This document shows positions 1 through 14,093 of a DNA stretch of 64,000 nt, piece by piece. The position numbers and the translations under genes were made by a program. Below the pieces are notes generated by a model. That model did no database searches. It worked only from the letters and a program-made list of their open reading frames with translations, and was not told the origin of the DNA. Origin of the DNA: Blepharisma stoltei ATCC 30299 (lineage: Eukaryota > Protista > Ciliophora); assembly GCA_965603825.1 (NCBI GenBank), contig CBFDEM010000021.1, forward strand, positions 806,001 to 870,000. The letters run 5' to 3'. Positions within the stretch are counted from its first letter, which is position 1. Each line of letters starts with the position of its first letter.

Positions 1-3000
1 GAGCTTTTTTACAAGGCCAACATTTCTTTTTCTCAGTTTTATTATTTAATGCTTCATCTATGCCATCATTCTTTCCTCATCTTGTGGAAATTTTTTCAAG
101 TTTTAAAGGATCTCCCATCAGTTTCCTCCTTAGTTTTTCTTCTTCTAATTCTTCTTTTCTATCTTTCTTATATGCAAAATATCCAAAAATTCCATACACA
201 GCCAAAGTAACAATACAGAAATAAAGGCCAATCGCATTCGACGAATTTATCTTGCTCCAGGCAGCAGCATTTACAGTGTCTCCTATATTTGAGTCTACAA
301 GTGTGGAACTTGCAGCATTGAGTGCTGCGAAAGTTGTAAAGTGATTGCAGCTGCAAATGATATCATATGAGTTAATTTTATATCTTGTGCATCCTTCCGT
401 GCTCCAGTTCATTGTTTTAGTATCTAAAAATACACATTGAGGCGTATAGTTAGAGTATTTTATGTTCCATACAGGGATTTGGACTAAAATGTTTGAAGTT
501 GTTAAATTGGCAGTTATTTCCTGATTAGATGTATGGCCATACATAGTGAAATCTACAACTGAAGAAGATAAATTGTTTGGATTATTCGGACAATCAAAGA
601 CTGAGAGAGCGAGATTAACAAAATCCTCATCTGTAATTGTTGCCATTTTAGTTGAAAAATCAGTTGGAAAAGTTATGGAGGCTTTCCCATTACTTGATAC
701 AAATGTGTATCCATTCATATCGCTTAAAGCCATCACAGTCATTGTTATACCAAGATTGCTCACAGTTATATTGCGGATTTCACTTAAAACCATTTGTGCA
801 AGTACCAGATTTTCAATGCTATTGAGTGCTTCAACAGCATTTTCTAGATCTACTTTATTTGTAACTATGCTGGTTGAATTATACAAGTGTGCTTGGCTAG
901 TCGCTGTGAAATACTTATATGGCTGCTGCCTTTGCAGCATTTGAGAGATAGGGATATTGCCAAAGATACTAATAATCATTTCACAAACCCTGCTTTCAGT
1001 ATTGCTGCTATTTAAATAAGGGTTAAAAGTTATCATTGATAGTAAATTTGAAAAAACAGACACAGATTGGCTATCAAATTGGCTATTTTTGATTAATTTC
1101 TCTGTTCAGCTAAGGGTTGACTCAACAACATTTTCATAAAAAGAAAGTGACGCAGAAGACGGAACTTTAAAATTTCCTGCTAGCCAATAATCTCTGTTCA
1201 GTATCGATGTGCACAAAGCAGAAATCACTCCAGGATATGATTGCGGATTTGATGCTATTGAGTTTACATAGTTTGTATAATTAGAAAACAATCCTTCCTG
1301 GTCTAAATTTGTATTGACTGAAATGCTAATGCTGCTAGTTTTTCTTGAAGAAGCTCTTAAACTGTCATAAACATCTACAAAAACTGTGAGAGAACTGCCA
1401 ACATATGGGAAGGTTGAAAAATAAGTAGTGCTTTGGTTTTTGAAATTCAAGTAAGCATCGTTGCTTCCAGTAAGGTACCCAAAAGAATAAGAAATAGGCA
1501 GATTGCTTTCATCGTCAACCCACCCAAGTGCTTCCATTTTAAAAACAGTTTCCAGTTCTGTACCACTTGTAGGAGTCACTGTTAAAGTTCCTGAATATGG
1601 AGGAGAATTTACGTAAAAAACATAGTTGAAATATGAATAATTAGTTCCATCGTAAACAGATAGAGTAAGAGTATATGTGTGTCTGGTTTCTAACGTGCCT
1701 TCATCTATAGATATAAACAATTGAGTAAGAGGCGTTGAAAATTTAATAGTATTTGTGTTGTCTACGCTTCATTGATAAGTATATTGATTTTGGGTATCTC
1801 CATTTATCTTGGCTTGAAATAGCACCATTGTGTTTGCTGTAACAACTGATGGTTGAGATTGAGTTAGAGGGTTTAAAATTGTTAAAGTAGGAGTAGAATA
1901 GCTCACTGTACTTATTGTTACGATTTCTTTAGTCTGAGTACTCCTGCTCGATAGAAACCTATCATCTCTTAGCTGTCTCCGTGTAGAAAAATCAGCAACA
2001 GCTGCTAATTCAAATTGATATTCTTTTCCTGTTTGCAGTGTATTTGAAGGAATGTTTAGGTTTGATGCCTTCACATCTGGAATAAGTGAGCTGCAGTCAG
2101 AGTTTCCTTGAGTGCAGGACCATTCGAAATTGAGGGTTTTGTCTTCATTAGGGTCATAACTTGAGTTTGCATTAATAGAGAGCGAACTTCCAATATCGGC
2201 ACTGCCATTTGTTCGAGAAAATTCTACTATAGGAGGAGCTGGAATTATAGAAATATCGATCGTATTCGAGCCTTGCATACTCAAGGCTGAATCTGCTGCC
2301 TCAACTGCAAAAGTTGCGTTTGTATAAGGAGGTATGCTTTTCTGTGGAATATTGATTAAAGAATCCCCTGTTTGGCTCCCCCAGATTGCTTGCTCATTTA
2401 TTGCTGAAAAATTGCCTTCAGTGCTTACCAATTTCCATTTTAGGCTCAAATTATTATATGAGCTGCATGACGAAATTGAGCCAATTGCATATGCTTTAAA
2501 ATCAGTAGCCACAGCTTGATAGTCTATAGATTTGTCGAAATTTACTGATAAGCCATCATTTATGGAAGTTACAGTGACAGAAGCTGAATTTTCATTATTA
2601 AATTTGTTCTTTACCGTCAACGTTATAGTGATGGCGGAATTTGATAAGTCACTTCTGGATATAGTGAATTCAGAAGTTGTTTGTTGGAAAGCAGTATTAT
2701 ATTTAGATAAAGTTGCCAAGCTAGGATCTGATATTATTGTTCATTTATAGTATAGGCTTGACTTCACACCTCCAGTTGACTTACTTCCTGAAATGTGTAA
2801 ATCTTGACAATTATATAGAACTGCTCCTGGAGCATCAATTCTTGCAGATGGATAGGGTAAAGAAGCAGAGTATGTTAAAGTTGTGCTTAGATCATAAGGG
2901 AAGTATCCGCATTGTGGGTTCATTCCTTTTAGTGCTCCATTCGTAATTTTGATTATTTCATTAGTCAGTGTAAATCTATCACCAAGATCCACAGTAATCT

Positions 3001-6000
3001 TTTTTGCTTGAGAATCAAAGTAGCACACATAGCCGCTTCCGAATTTTGCAATGGTATCACTAGCAAATACTTTTTCACAAGCCAAATTTGTAGTATTCAC
3101 TGATATTGCAAGATCCACAACGATTCTCACAAACGTAGCAGTAAAATATCCAGTGAGTTCAGAGGGCTGCAAAAATCTTTCACAAGCTACACAATTGCCA
3201 TTCATATATTGATAGCCTGTCTTACACATGCAAGTTTCTGTCGTCGAGTCATACACAAATCCACTATTGCATTTGCATGGAGGAGCGTTATAAGCATTAC
3301 TTATGCATGCAGTGCAATCTTCTGGTGTTACTCCAGTATAAGTATCACAAAGAGGGTCTTGGTTTAAGCTGCATGACACTTTTCCTCTTATGCATCCATT
3401 AGTGCAGCTTGTGTCACAACTTTTACAGGTTTTAGAAGATTCATCGTAGTATCCCAAATATACACAATTAATTAGCTTAGAGTTATCATCTGCACAATAT
3501 GGATAACCACACGATGAAGTCCAAGAACTAACTGAATCCATTGCATAATTGTAGAGTCTAAGAGAATAAATATAGCCATATAGGTTTGAAGATGTCTTTC
3601 CTAAGGAAGCAATATAGCTATAGTCATCATAAAAGCAATAGCTGTCAATTGATAAACTTTTTTCAAGATTAGTATTTACAAATAGCATTGCTGTAGATTT
3701 TCCATTAGTGTAGGAGTAAGATAATACTAATCTTTGCCATGTAGAATAAGCATAATAAGAACTATCCGCTGTAAGTGTATCTCAGCCTGAATTATCTAAT
3801 TTTTGGAGGGTGTAAACAGCATGAAAATAGAAATGAGTGCTGTTATATTGTAGAGCGCTAATTTCTACAAGGCTACTGTCTAATAAATAAAAACCAAAAA
3901 TTTGTCCATTTGAAGTACTTGAGTAAACCATAGTTCATATATCAATTGTATGGCTAAGTCCAAGAGAAATTCTCGTTGCTTGCGAGTTTGATGGAACATT
4001 TAGAGTAGCAACTGATTTTCCGCCAAAATAGAGACCTCTGTAGGGAAGAATCCATGGATCATTTGTGTCATATGTTGGATAATATGAATCTGATGCTCCC
4101 ATATATATTGGATAGCTACTAATTACATCATCCACTGTATTTGTGGCTTTTGTAAACTCTCAGTTGGTAACGAGCATGCTAGGATTATTAGTTGTACAGG
4201 ACCCCACATCTATAGAATATCCAATAGGACAATTTGGCACACAAAAGCCATTATAATATGAATACCCTGAATTACAGCTTAAGCATTGATCCATATTAGC
4301 AGTCGAGCAGGTGCTGCATGACTTAAAGCAAGGGTTATCACATGTATTTGTTTTGGAATTCCAAATTTTCCCATCTATACATATGCATTCATTATCATTT
4401 CTAACTGTTCCAGCATAGCACTCATCGCAAGTAGTAAATTTCGAGCATGTCTGACATCCAGTAATGGTACATAAGTTGCAATTGTCGCCATTAGTGCATC
4501 CATTTTGGCAAGAGCTTAAGCAAGCCATACAGCTGACTGCATTATCGTCATAATATTCATTTCATGCACAATCTACCAAGCATTGGCCACCCTTTGGACA
4601 TGTGTTGCACCCTCCATTGCAGGTTGTTTGATACTTTTGAGAGACAGCATAAGTGCTTCATGCCCCTGTGTCATAAGTCATTTCATAAATAAAGCCATTA
4701 AAATAATCGCTTTTTACATTTCCAAGAAAAGTCACTCCATAATAAGCAAAACCTATTATATCATAAAAATAGCCATCACCTATTTTTGTGAAACCTGAGC
4801 AGGCGCTAAAAATGCAAGCTTGCCAATATGTAGAGCCCTTAATAAATCTGAAAATAACGACTAAAAACTGTCATGTGTCTTGAGTTATAGTTACAGATGA
4901 CAATGTATTCTCGACTAAAGCAGTATTTGTCTGATCAGAAAGTTGAATGCGAGTATATAACTGCAAATTAACTAACTGCAAATGCAAATTTACGCTAGTT
5001 GTAGCAAAATCTTGTTTGCAGAGAAGTGTTTGGGTATCAGAACTCTGAGTTTTGAGTCAGAAAGACTGGGTATGCTCAATATCGAATCTAAGCCGGCCTG
5101 ACAAAGACGTATATATGTAGCTAGTAGCACCATTGAAATAAAATCCTCGCTTATACACTGGAATAGGGTCATAACCAGGACCAGATGTTTGGCTTGGAAC
5201 GAAAAGATAATTACCAGTGGAATCAGGTAAGGTATATCCAATTGACTGTAAAATAAGATCATAGCCAGGACTTGAATCGCATTCTGCTCCTCCTGTTGAA
5301 GGTTGATTAGAATTTTTCCCTGGGCATTTGTCTACACAAAGTCCTTTTAGCAGATATTTCGTTTCACAGGATAAGCATTTATAAAATTCAGGCCCTGAGC
5401 ACGTTAAACAGCCAGTGCAACTAAAATATTGACAATCTGAATTGGTGTATCCGCTGCAATAACTTGCACATTCAGAACCACACAAGGTACATCTATCGGC
5501 ATAGGCACAAGGCTGTGTGCATGATGCTGAACAATCCCCACAAATGCTCCCTGTTTGATAGCTGCTAAGCCCACATGTAGAAAAACAAGCACTTGTCGAG
5601 ACTGGACATAGATTTAGCGAACCACAAGTGCTACAAGAAGTGCCATAAGTGGCCGAAATATCGCCTCATGAAAGGATACTTGAATATATTGAGATTTCTC
5701 CGATTCAGCCGTCTAGTCCTAGCATAGAATCAGAGACGTAGCCAACTAAAAATTGAGTTTCTGGAAATCACTGAAAGCTTCACCCAGGGTTGCTTGAAGA
5801 CTTAATGTCCTTTTTTATGTTATTTTCAAAATAGCTCGCGGTGTAAGTCCCAGTATAGTAACCAAAAGTTATTGCATAGGCTTGCCATTGGGCTGTTGGG
5901 TCTGAAATGTCAAAACTGAGCTTTATAAGGCTATTGGTATATGAAGATCCTGATTTTCCATAAATCATAAATGCATACTCAAGAGAGGTTGGACTTATTG

Positions 6001-6673
6001 TTAAATGATATTGTTCAGAGCCGTCACGCGCCATTTTTTGAAGTACATAGTCAACATCAAAGCTGGTTTGGCTATTTCTCCATAGCCATATTAATAAAGT
6101 ATGATTGGAATTCAGTATAAAATCATCTTTTGATCAACTGTTTGGAGGCATCTGCATATAGGATGATATAGGATTAAAGTAATAGCCACTAGCAATAGCG
6201 GGATATGGGTCATCGTTATCATAATCTGGGTAAAATTTAATAGGGTTGCTTCCACAAATCATATAGAGATCATAATTTGGAAAGTCAAAGTATCCTTGAA
6301 TTTGATTAAAGGTGAAGTCAAAAATGTTATTTGAGGCTTGAATGCAACTCCCTGAAGATGGTGGCCAGCCTGTCGGGCAAGAGGTCAAACACATCCCTCC
6401 AATTAAGTAATAGCCAGAATTGCATGATAAGCAACCATCAAAGGAAGAAGTCGAGCAGGTCGAGCAGCCTTTGAAACAACTCAAAAGAACTCGGTCCATA
6501 ACTGCTGGTTGAGATGTTGAATTCAATGAATTTTCTAAATAAGTTTCAGATGAAGGTGAAATTACAAAATCATTTTCTCACTCTATCAGACCTTCTCTGG
6601 ATTTCTGGAAGATTTCTTGGGAATTGGCGAGCATAATAAGAAGAAAGATGTACAGCACCAGAAGAGTCAACAT
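1..6673 (-). CDS. Large polycystin-1-like (PKD/REJ + GPS) cysteine-rich surface protein; 3' end runs off the window; >2,200 aa
   Basis: ATG at 6673 (MLTLLVLYIFLLIMLANSQ, signal-like). Track ORFs 6134-6526, 5780-6034, 5057-5485, 4160-4528, 3935-4135, 2741-3688, 1769-2719, 1106-1720 and 77-1063 are in one frame and end at TGA; the larger gaps read by eye contain no TAA/TAG. Furin-like CxxCxxC repeats; REJ-type motifs (NSSYDPNEDKTLNFEWSC; VNSPPYSGTLTVTPTSG..GWVD..LPISYSFGY); GPS motif (PQCVF..NWSTEGC..IICSCNHFTTFA); then a TM helix (AIGLYFCIVTLAVYGIFGYFAY). Confidence 0.88.
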
Positions 6674-9600
6674 TTTATTGAATTTACAATTAATTGCACT
6701 AATTCCATTACATTTATTTCGAAAGAGCAAAAAAAACTGTTTAGATGCAAATTTTTAGGGCGTATTAATTAAATTAAGGTTTATTTATATTTTTGATAAC
6801 TTATTTTTTGAGAAATTTAGTCATCAAAGCCACTGATATTTTTGGCTATGTTTTAGGTGTCAAAAAATCAAGCTTTACAACTAGACAATATATAAATAGT
6901 CTAAAGTTAAAAATTAACAATTTTATTTGTTTATAACGCCATTGAGAATTAGCTAATCATCGAAAAAATATAAAACGTAAAATGGAATATAAACTTTATA
7001 TCGAAGCTTAAATCATTTGATAAATTTTATAAACGCTTTTCCAAAAAAATTTGCAAACAGCAATGCTGATAATTAATAAAGTTCTTTAATAAACTTTATT
7101 TCATGGCGAATTGATGATTAAATTTCATGCATCTATCCTTAGCTAGATTTTATTGAACTTCATTTATATTGTAAAAATTATTAGCTTTAGCTAGATTTTT
7201 TTGCTGCATTAGATTGTGATAATTTAAAAAATGTTGTAAAATGTTTACGAAAGCTTTGAGCGAATAAAAGCAAATTATAAAGCTATTACACCTAAAGCTC
7301 TGATTGAAATACTAAAAAATATTGACAAAAAATTTTATGACCTGAATTTCAATAAAGACAATCCTGGTATGCAGCAAGCTGGTATAAATCTTTCGAATTT
7401 TGGGAGCTAGTGATATCATCATCTGGAATAGTAACACAATGCAAGGCCAAGTGCGGGCTGGCCAGAAAGAGGTTTAACGCTATGAAGGGAATAAAGGCCA
7501 AGGCAGCAGTTTTTCCTTTTGTAATTATAAAATTTATGGATTTCTATGAAATAAAAATAGAAAAAATATCGAGTTAGAAGGTGAGAACAATAAATAGAAG
7601 ATGCGCCAGCTGCTTTAGAAGGAAAAGTCTTAGTCAATAACACTAGCATTATTTAGTCAATAATAAAATCTAAAGCACATCATGAAGCTGATGATTTATT
7701 AAATTGTATCTCTATCGTTATTTAATTATTATTGAAAAGCCCAATTAAAGGTACTAAGCCCTGAAGTTAAAAAAAATACTAACCGAGTAGTTGATTCATG
7801 TATTTAAACCCCAAGTTTTACTGATTGACTGCTTAAACTGCATTGAAAATAGAGTTATACTCAAGCAAAAATAAAGCATATTCCCCAGGCTAAAATAATC
7901 CCAATTCATCTTTTTAATCTAAGTAGATTTTTATACTGAAGATCAGCCATATGGAGATTAGCTTTTCACGCAAAAAATAACTTAGGGCCATAGCTATAAC
8001 AATCATAAATAAAGAAGACCATCACCATAATCCAGAATTCGGACCAACTGTAGGTGATAAGAGAATCTGAGCTTTAACTGTCAATTGAATTGGCTTTGAT
8101 AGAGATGATTCAGCTGCATTTCTTGAATTAGCGGCTATAGTATCATTTGAGGGACTTAAATCTTGATAAAACATGAGCTCAATAGTTTTTCTGACTCCTG
8201 TATTTTATATCAAACATTTTGGAACTCAAAATTATTTTTTTAGCCACATTTTTTATTTCAGAGTTATTTCACTAATTATTTAGCATAAGAATTAGGCAAA
8301 AGGCAATTTTTTTGAGTTATTTAATTAAATTTATATAATAAGATAATTTAAATGTTTTAATTATTAAATAACTGAGATATATTTTGAAAAATTAGCTTTA
8401 ATTGAGAGAGCGAGGAAATAGGACCATTTTCTTGCTCTTTGCATTCTCAAGATTTATGAAAATTTTCTTGAGAATAGGTGAATAAAACTATGACCCAGTC
8501 TTAAAACAGCAGATTTCTTATCATTTTAGTTAATTTAGAATAAAGCCAAATTGAAGAAAATAAAAAAACTTTATATCAGCAAAAATTGATAAAAAATTGT
8601 AGTATCAATAAATAATTGAAATTCTAATGCTTTTTTGGTGTTTTCTACGCTTTTAAGTTTTTTTGTCCAAATTTAACTTATTCAAATATTATTTTAGCAT
8701 TGAATTTGTCCTCACCTATTAAAACGATCTATATAATGTGATAAATTATATAGGCCTGGACTTAAATATTAAAAATATATTCGAGGCTTATAATACCAGT
8801 TCAAATAAATTGGCAATTGGCAAAATGCAAGATCTCGAAATTGGATACTCCATAATAGATTCAAAATTTTTAAAATTCCTGGCAAAGCTCTTAAAACTGA
8901 AGCACCTTAAACTGGCTAGACTTTAAACCTTCTCGATATATAATTAATCATGAACTGATTATAATGAGATCGTTTGCATTTGCTTTTAGGTTTCCTTTAT
9001 ATTAAAAATTTATTATAGTTTATAATAGCAGCTATTTTGCTCACATATCATTAATTATATAATTTAATGCATTATTTATAATTTGAGTTGAGCTTCTCTT
9101 CTGTGATTATAATATATTGGGACATCTGAATATAATTGATTTATGAATAAAATGAAAAACCATATGAAAAAATAGCATAAATTTAATTATAAAACAAGTC
9201 AAAAATTGCTTATCTTTTTAACTCAAGCCTTCTGTAACTATGGGAAAGTCCTACCTTTCTTTTTGGGGAAATTTAGACCTCTTCATATGAGCAAGAAATC
9301 TCTTTATATTTCTTTTATGAGAGTTTTCGTCAACTAGAGTTGGCAATTCCAGTTCTCTATTTGGTTGGATTTATCTTTAGGGGATATTATTATCGATATG
9401 TGAGGCATAAATTACATCTCAATCATTCTAAATTTTTTAAAGAGATATATATTTCAAATGGTTCAAATTAAGTTTATAGTAATGATTATATTGATAATTT
9501 AGAGATTGACTGCACGTTCATTTTACATTTAAAGACTAAATAATATAAAAAGTCTACGATTTAATTTTTAAAAGGATATAAAATATAAATCTCATTTATG

Positions 9601-9863
9601 TATTAATACAGTAAAAAATAAATTATGGGTTGAATAATAAATCCTTTAAGTTTGTGGGTTGAAGCCTTCTGATATGGTCAATTAGAATAATTAAGTAATA
9701 ACATTTATTTTAATTAGTTAAAATTTTCAGAAATTATTAACCTTATAAAATTATTTTAAATTGAAGTTCTGGATTGGGTTAAAAATAAAAATTTAAATTT
9801 TACGACAAAATTCTATTAAGCTACATAAGTTTTGTGGAAATTTCTTTGCCATTGCTTAAATTT

Positions 9864-12800
9864 ATGGATATACCAAATATCATCATCTTCTTTCGCTATT
9901 TATGATGCTTCTTACTATTACTGGTCTTTAAATCCCCTATATCTACTTCTTTAGAAGTTATTATCGCCCACACAGACGGACAAAGCGTCAATTATTTATA
10001 CTGAAATGAGACTTTGCTTCTGGAGATAGCTAACTCATTAACTTCCTCAGTTGACTGGCACAAATGCCTTATTTCAGACATACAAAATTGCCTCGAAGAA
10101 TTCCCGGATTCGCTGATTCTGCTTGATCTATCAATTGATATTGACACTCAATACTCAATTTCACAGATATGCATTAATTATTCAATAGTCCATCTCGTTT
10201 ATCAAAGCAAATTTAAATTTACAGATGACTGGACCTATTCAATGGTGCCTTCATATAATGAACAAGTTGAAGCTTTATTAGGAGTCAGCAGCTATTTGTA
10301 TTGGACCCAAGGGATTATTTTTACGAGTAAGGAGAATTATTGGATGACTGACAACTTTTTAGATTTTTCAAGTGGATTTAATTTCTTGACTATAGAATCT
10401 GAGTCAAATATTGATGAGCTTGTAAGGAAAGTTGTTTTTAGATTGGGATCAACCCTTTATTATGTACTTTCTGGATTGCCAGAGTCATTGAAATTGCAAA
10501 ATTCATTATATAATGCACAATTATTAGAAGCTGGAAATGGAATTATTTTTAATCAAGAAAGTGGGTATGGCTGCATTACTGAAGGAGCTTTAATTATTAC
10601 TGATTTCGGGTATGAGTTTGTAAATTCTCCTGAAGAGTATTTTAAAAGCTCAGCTATAAACCTTATATTAAATTTATTAAGTCAAATTTCAAATGAAATT
10701 TCCCAAGATCTTGCCCGAATGCTGAAAAATAAGCTCAAAAATCACTTTGGTGAGAGCGAATTTTCTTTAGTTAATATTCAGAATGGAGAAAGAGTTATTG
10801 TTGGAACAATAGTAAATGGAACTGCAACGATATTCGGCAATATAACGTTTCCAGGTAAAGCATCTATAATTCCAAAATCGACCAAAAAAATTTTGCACTT
10901 AAGTATCAATGCCGGCACTACAAATCCAGGGGCTTCTCCAAGTTTAACTCAAAAGCTTGGCTCAATGGGCTCTTATGTAGCAATAGACAAAATTAATGAA
11001 AGCCATGATATTTTGTCTAATTTTCAGCTTGATATATTTAATTATGACTGCGGAGTGACTATTTTTAATTCTTCATTCGCAACAGCTTGCTTTACAAACA
11101 ACATTGAAAAACTTGGTCTCACCCATCTTTCCTCATATGGATCTGTTGTTGCTAAAGGCACAATACAAGTTTTCAATCAACTAAATCTTAGCCTTCCAGT
11201 CATTGGAAGTGCAAATGGTGACCCTTCTTTAAGCTCTTCTACAAATTTTCCTATGTATGTAAGAATTGTCTCTTCATTAGTTTACAGTCAATCAATAGTA
11301 TGCTTAAAGGCTATGGGTTGAACAAAAGCTGCAATTTTATATGAAAATAGCTCATGAGGAATTCCGGTATATAACTCAATCATAAAATCTGCAGAAAATG
11401 TAAAAATTGAAATAGTAAACCAAGAAAGTTTAAGAGTTATAGCTGCAGGTTTAAATAGAACTGCATTAAGAAATTATAAAGATCAAATTGAAGCTGTGGT
11501 TAATACACAAGCAAGACTAATAATTATGCTTGTTCAATGCCCTCTATGTAATTATGTTACAGAATATTTCTATGATTTAGGGCTAAGGAAAGGAGACATC
11601 TTAATTTTTGGAGGCACTCCTGACATTCTAACATATTTATCAACAAATGACACAACTTTATACAAAAGACAAGAAATTGCAAGCTCAGCTTTTGGCTTTA
11701 ACTTTCAGTATTGAATAGGACAAATCGGCGAAGAAGCCAAATCTAGAATTTTATCAAAATTTAGCACTCCTCCTAATTCTTTTAGCTGTGACTACTATGA
11801 CGCTATTTATTTAGCTGGAAACGCTTTAGATTATATGATAAATAGAGGGCAAGATTATAAAAATTCTACTAAATTAATGGCAGTGATAAGAGAAACACAA
11901 TTCACTGGCTGTACAGGTAAAGTAAGTATAAATAAAGGAAGTAACGATAGAATATTTGACGTGATAATAATTGAGGCGCTTAAAATAGATAAAGAGAGAA
12001 ATTCAACGATTTATGTAGTTGGAAAATTTAGACCATTTAGCACAAATTTATGAAGTGTGATAAATTCTATGGTGTATGCTGATGGATCAACGGTCAAGCC
12101 ATCTGACTTAAGAAACGAAAATGGAACATGTCCTTTTCCAACTAAAAAAGTTAAAACTTTTGAGAAAGGAAGAATTGTTTTATTTTCTGTTTGCTTTACA
12201 GTGGCTTTAATTACTGCAGTAATTACTTTTGTCATATGAAAAAAATGATGGCATATAAGTGTAGATGAACTCAGAGAAAAACAAGAAATGTCACCACAGG
12301 ATTTTATAGTAGGATTGACAATTGTAGTTGAATTTTTTCAATTAGCATCAATGGGCCCTGATTTTTCAGTGATAAGTCCTTTTTTATATGAAGCCAGCAA
12401 TACTTTTTCTTTGGATTTAGGAAATATAATTGAGATGAAAAATGGAATATTTTGGATTATTGTTGATGGAGTTTATGCAGGGATCTTTGTATGAAATATT
12501 TTGTGTATAGTTGTACTTTTTAGACTTGATGAAAAATGAAGAAACTATGAAATATTCAGATTTTTAGCTTGGTTGGCAGACTATTTAATGCCAATTTTAG
12601 GAAATCTTTGTTTTATTCCATTTATTTCAATTTGCCTCGACATTTTTTTATGTGATCAATCAATTGGTGATAGGTTCACAGATAGTTTTTTAGCCAAAGA
12701 TTGCTATTATTTTTGCTGAAAAGACTCTCATTTAATATATGCAATTTTGTCATGTTTTGCATTATTATCATATGAACCTCTTGCTGTTTTTTGTCGCCCT

Positions 12801-13322
12801 CTTTGGCAAGAGCTGCAGCCAATGCTTCATGTTAAAGCATTTCCATTATTTTTGATGGTAAAAACAGTTGCACAAACAACATTTATTGTTTTAAATAAAA
12901 CAATCAAAAGATCGTCCGATATAGGTCACGGAATTATATTTATTTTCGCTATGGTCGTCTATATTGTTTTTGTTTTTAAATTCAAATCTTATAATTATGC
13001 AAGATTCAGCTTATGGGAAGGATTAAGCTTGATAGGAGTTACATGATTAGCGTTTTTATCTGTAGTTGAAATAGAAATTTCTAACTATTTTTATTCCACT
13101 ATAGCAATTATTTCTTTATTTATGGGATGACTTTTTATTATCGCCTTTGGATTATGGGTTCAATATAAAAAGTATCCTAGTATGCTATTTAGACCTAGAA
13201 ACAGAAACACAAGTAATTTATTTAAGTTTGCTTTTACATTTGGGAAAGAATCAAAGACTTCATTAGTGAAGTTTAACGGAAGGAAACCAAAAGTTGTCCC
13301 TGAAGATCTTACCGTTGATTAG
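9864..13322 (+). CDS. R1: tandem Venus-flytrap (ANF-receptor/PBP type I-like) + ~9-TM receptor-like protein, subfamily A, 1152 aa
   Basis: ATG 9864 to TAG 13320-13322 in one frame with only TGA interruptions. Hydrophobic N-terminus; motifs GSANGDPSLSSSTNFPMYVR, GWTKAAILYENSSWG, YYDAIYLAGNALD and QFTGCTGKVSI; then a multi-pass membrane region. Confidence 0.88.
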
Positions 13323-14093
13323 AATTATTTTTTATAAATTTAAATTTCTTTAAATAATATTATTACTTATAATAATTATTCTTATACTGATACAATAGAT
13401 TTCTTAACTCTAACTAAAGTTCAATACATTTTATTACCCCTAGAAAAATATTAATTCTTATTCAATTAATTTGGCCTAAGTTTCTAGTGTTTGAAAGACA
13501 GCTTTCAAGTATGAGCAAATAAGCAATCACTAATAGCTACTCAGGCTATAATTTTGTGCTTGCACCTTAGGAAAAGAGCTGCTTAATATTTACTAATAAT
13601 GCTGAAAAAAGGCAATCATATCATGCTTAAATTAAGGCTTGAGAAAAATGCCTAGAGAGCAACTAATTTCAATTTATGAATTAATTCAAATAGCCTATTA
13701 TATCAAGTTGCTATAAGTTAGCTTATCAAAGCGTATTCTATGAAATAGCTAAGATTTTAGATTAACCCTTATAACTTTAGGGATAATATAAGATAGAAAG
13801 CTCTATTTTTTATATTCAAAAATATTATATTTTGGATAAATCATGAAGATTATCTCGATTAAAATATACACCAGAATGATCTGCTAATAAATCTTCAGCA
13901 AAGTTAAGCTTAATATTAATTTGCGATTTGCATGACTATTGAATATAATAAAAATAATCCTTTAGCATAATATTCTGAGCTAAAATTTATAATAATTATC
14001 ATAATTTTAAGATTCTTAGCTTCTAGATCTAATTTATGTTAATTATTAGACTGAGAAAAAAAAAACTTATTCACATTAAATTATTTAAACTTT

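Noticed and set aside
7300-9370. Slightly GC-richer patches that look like old coding sequence (DIIIWNS; DKRIWALTVNWIG; LELAIPVL)
   Set aside because: Many TAA/TAG stops and no sustained frame or recognisable family; may be ancient pseudogene debris but cannot be assigned.
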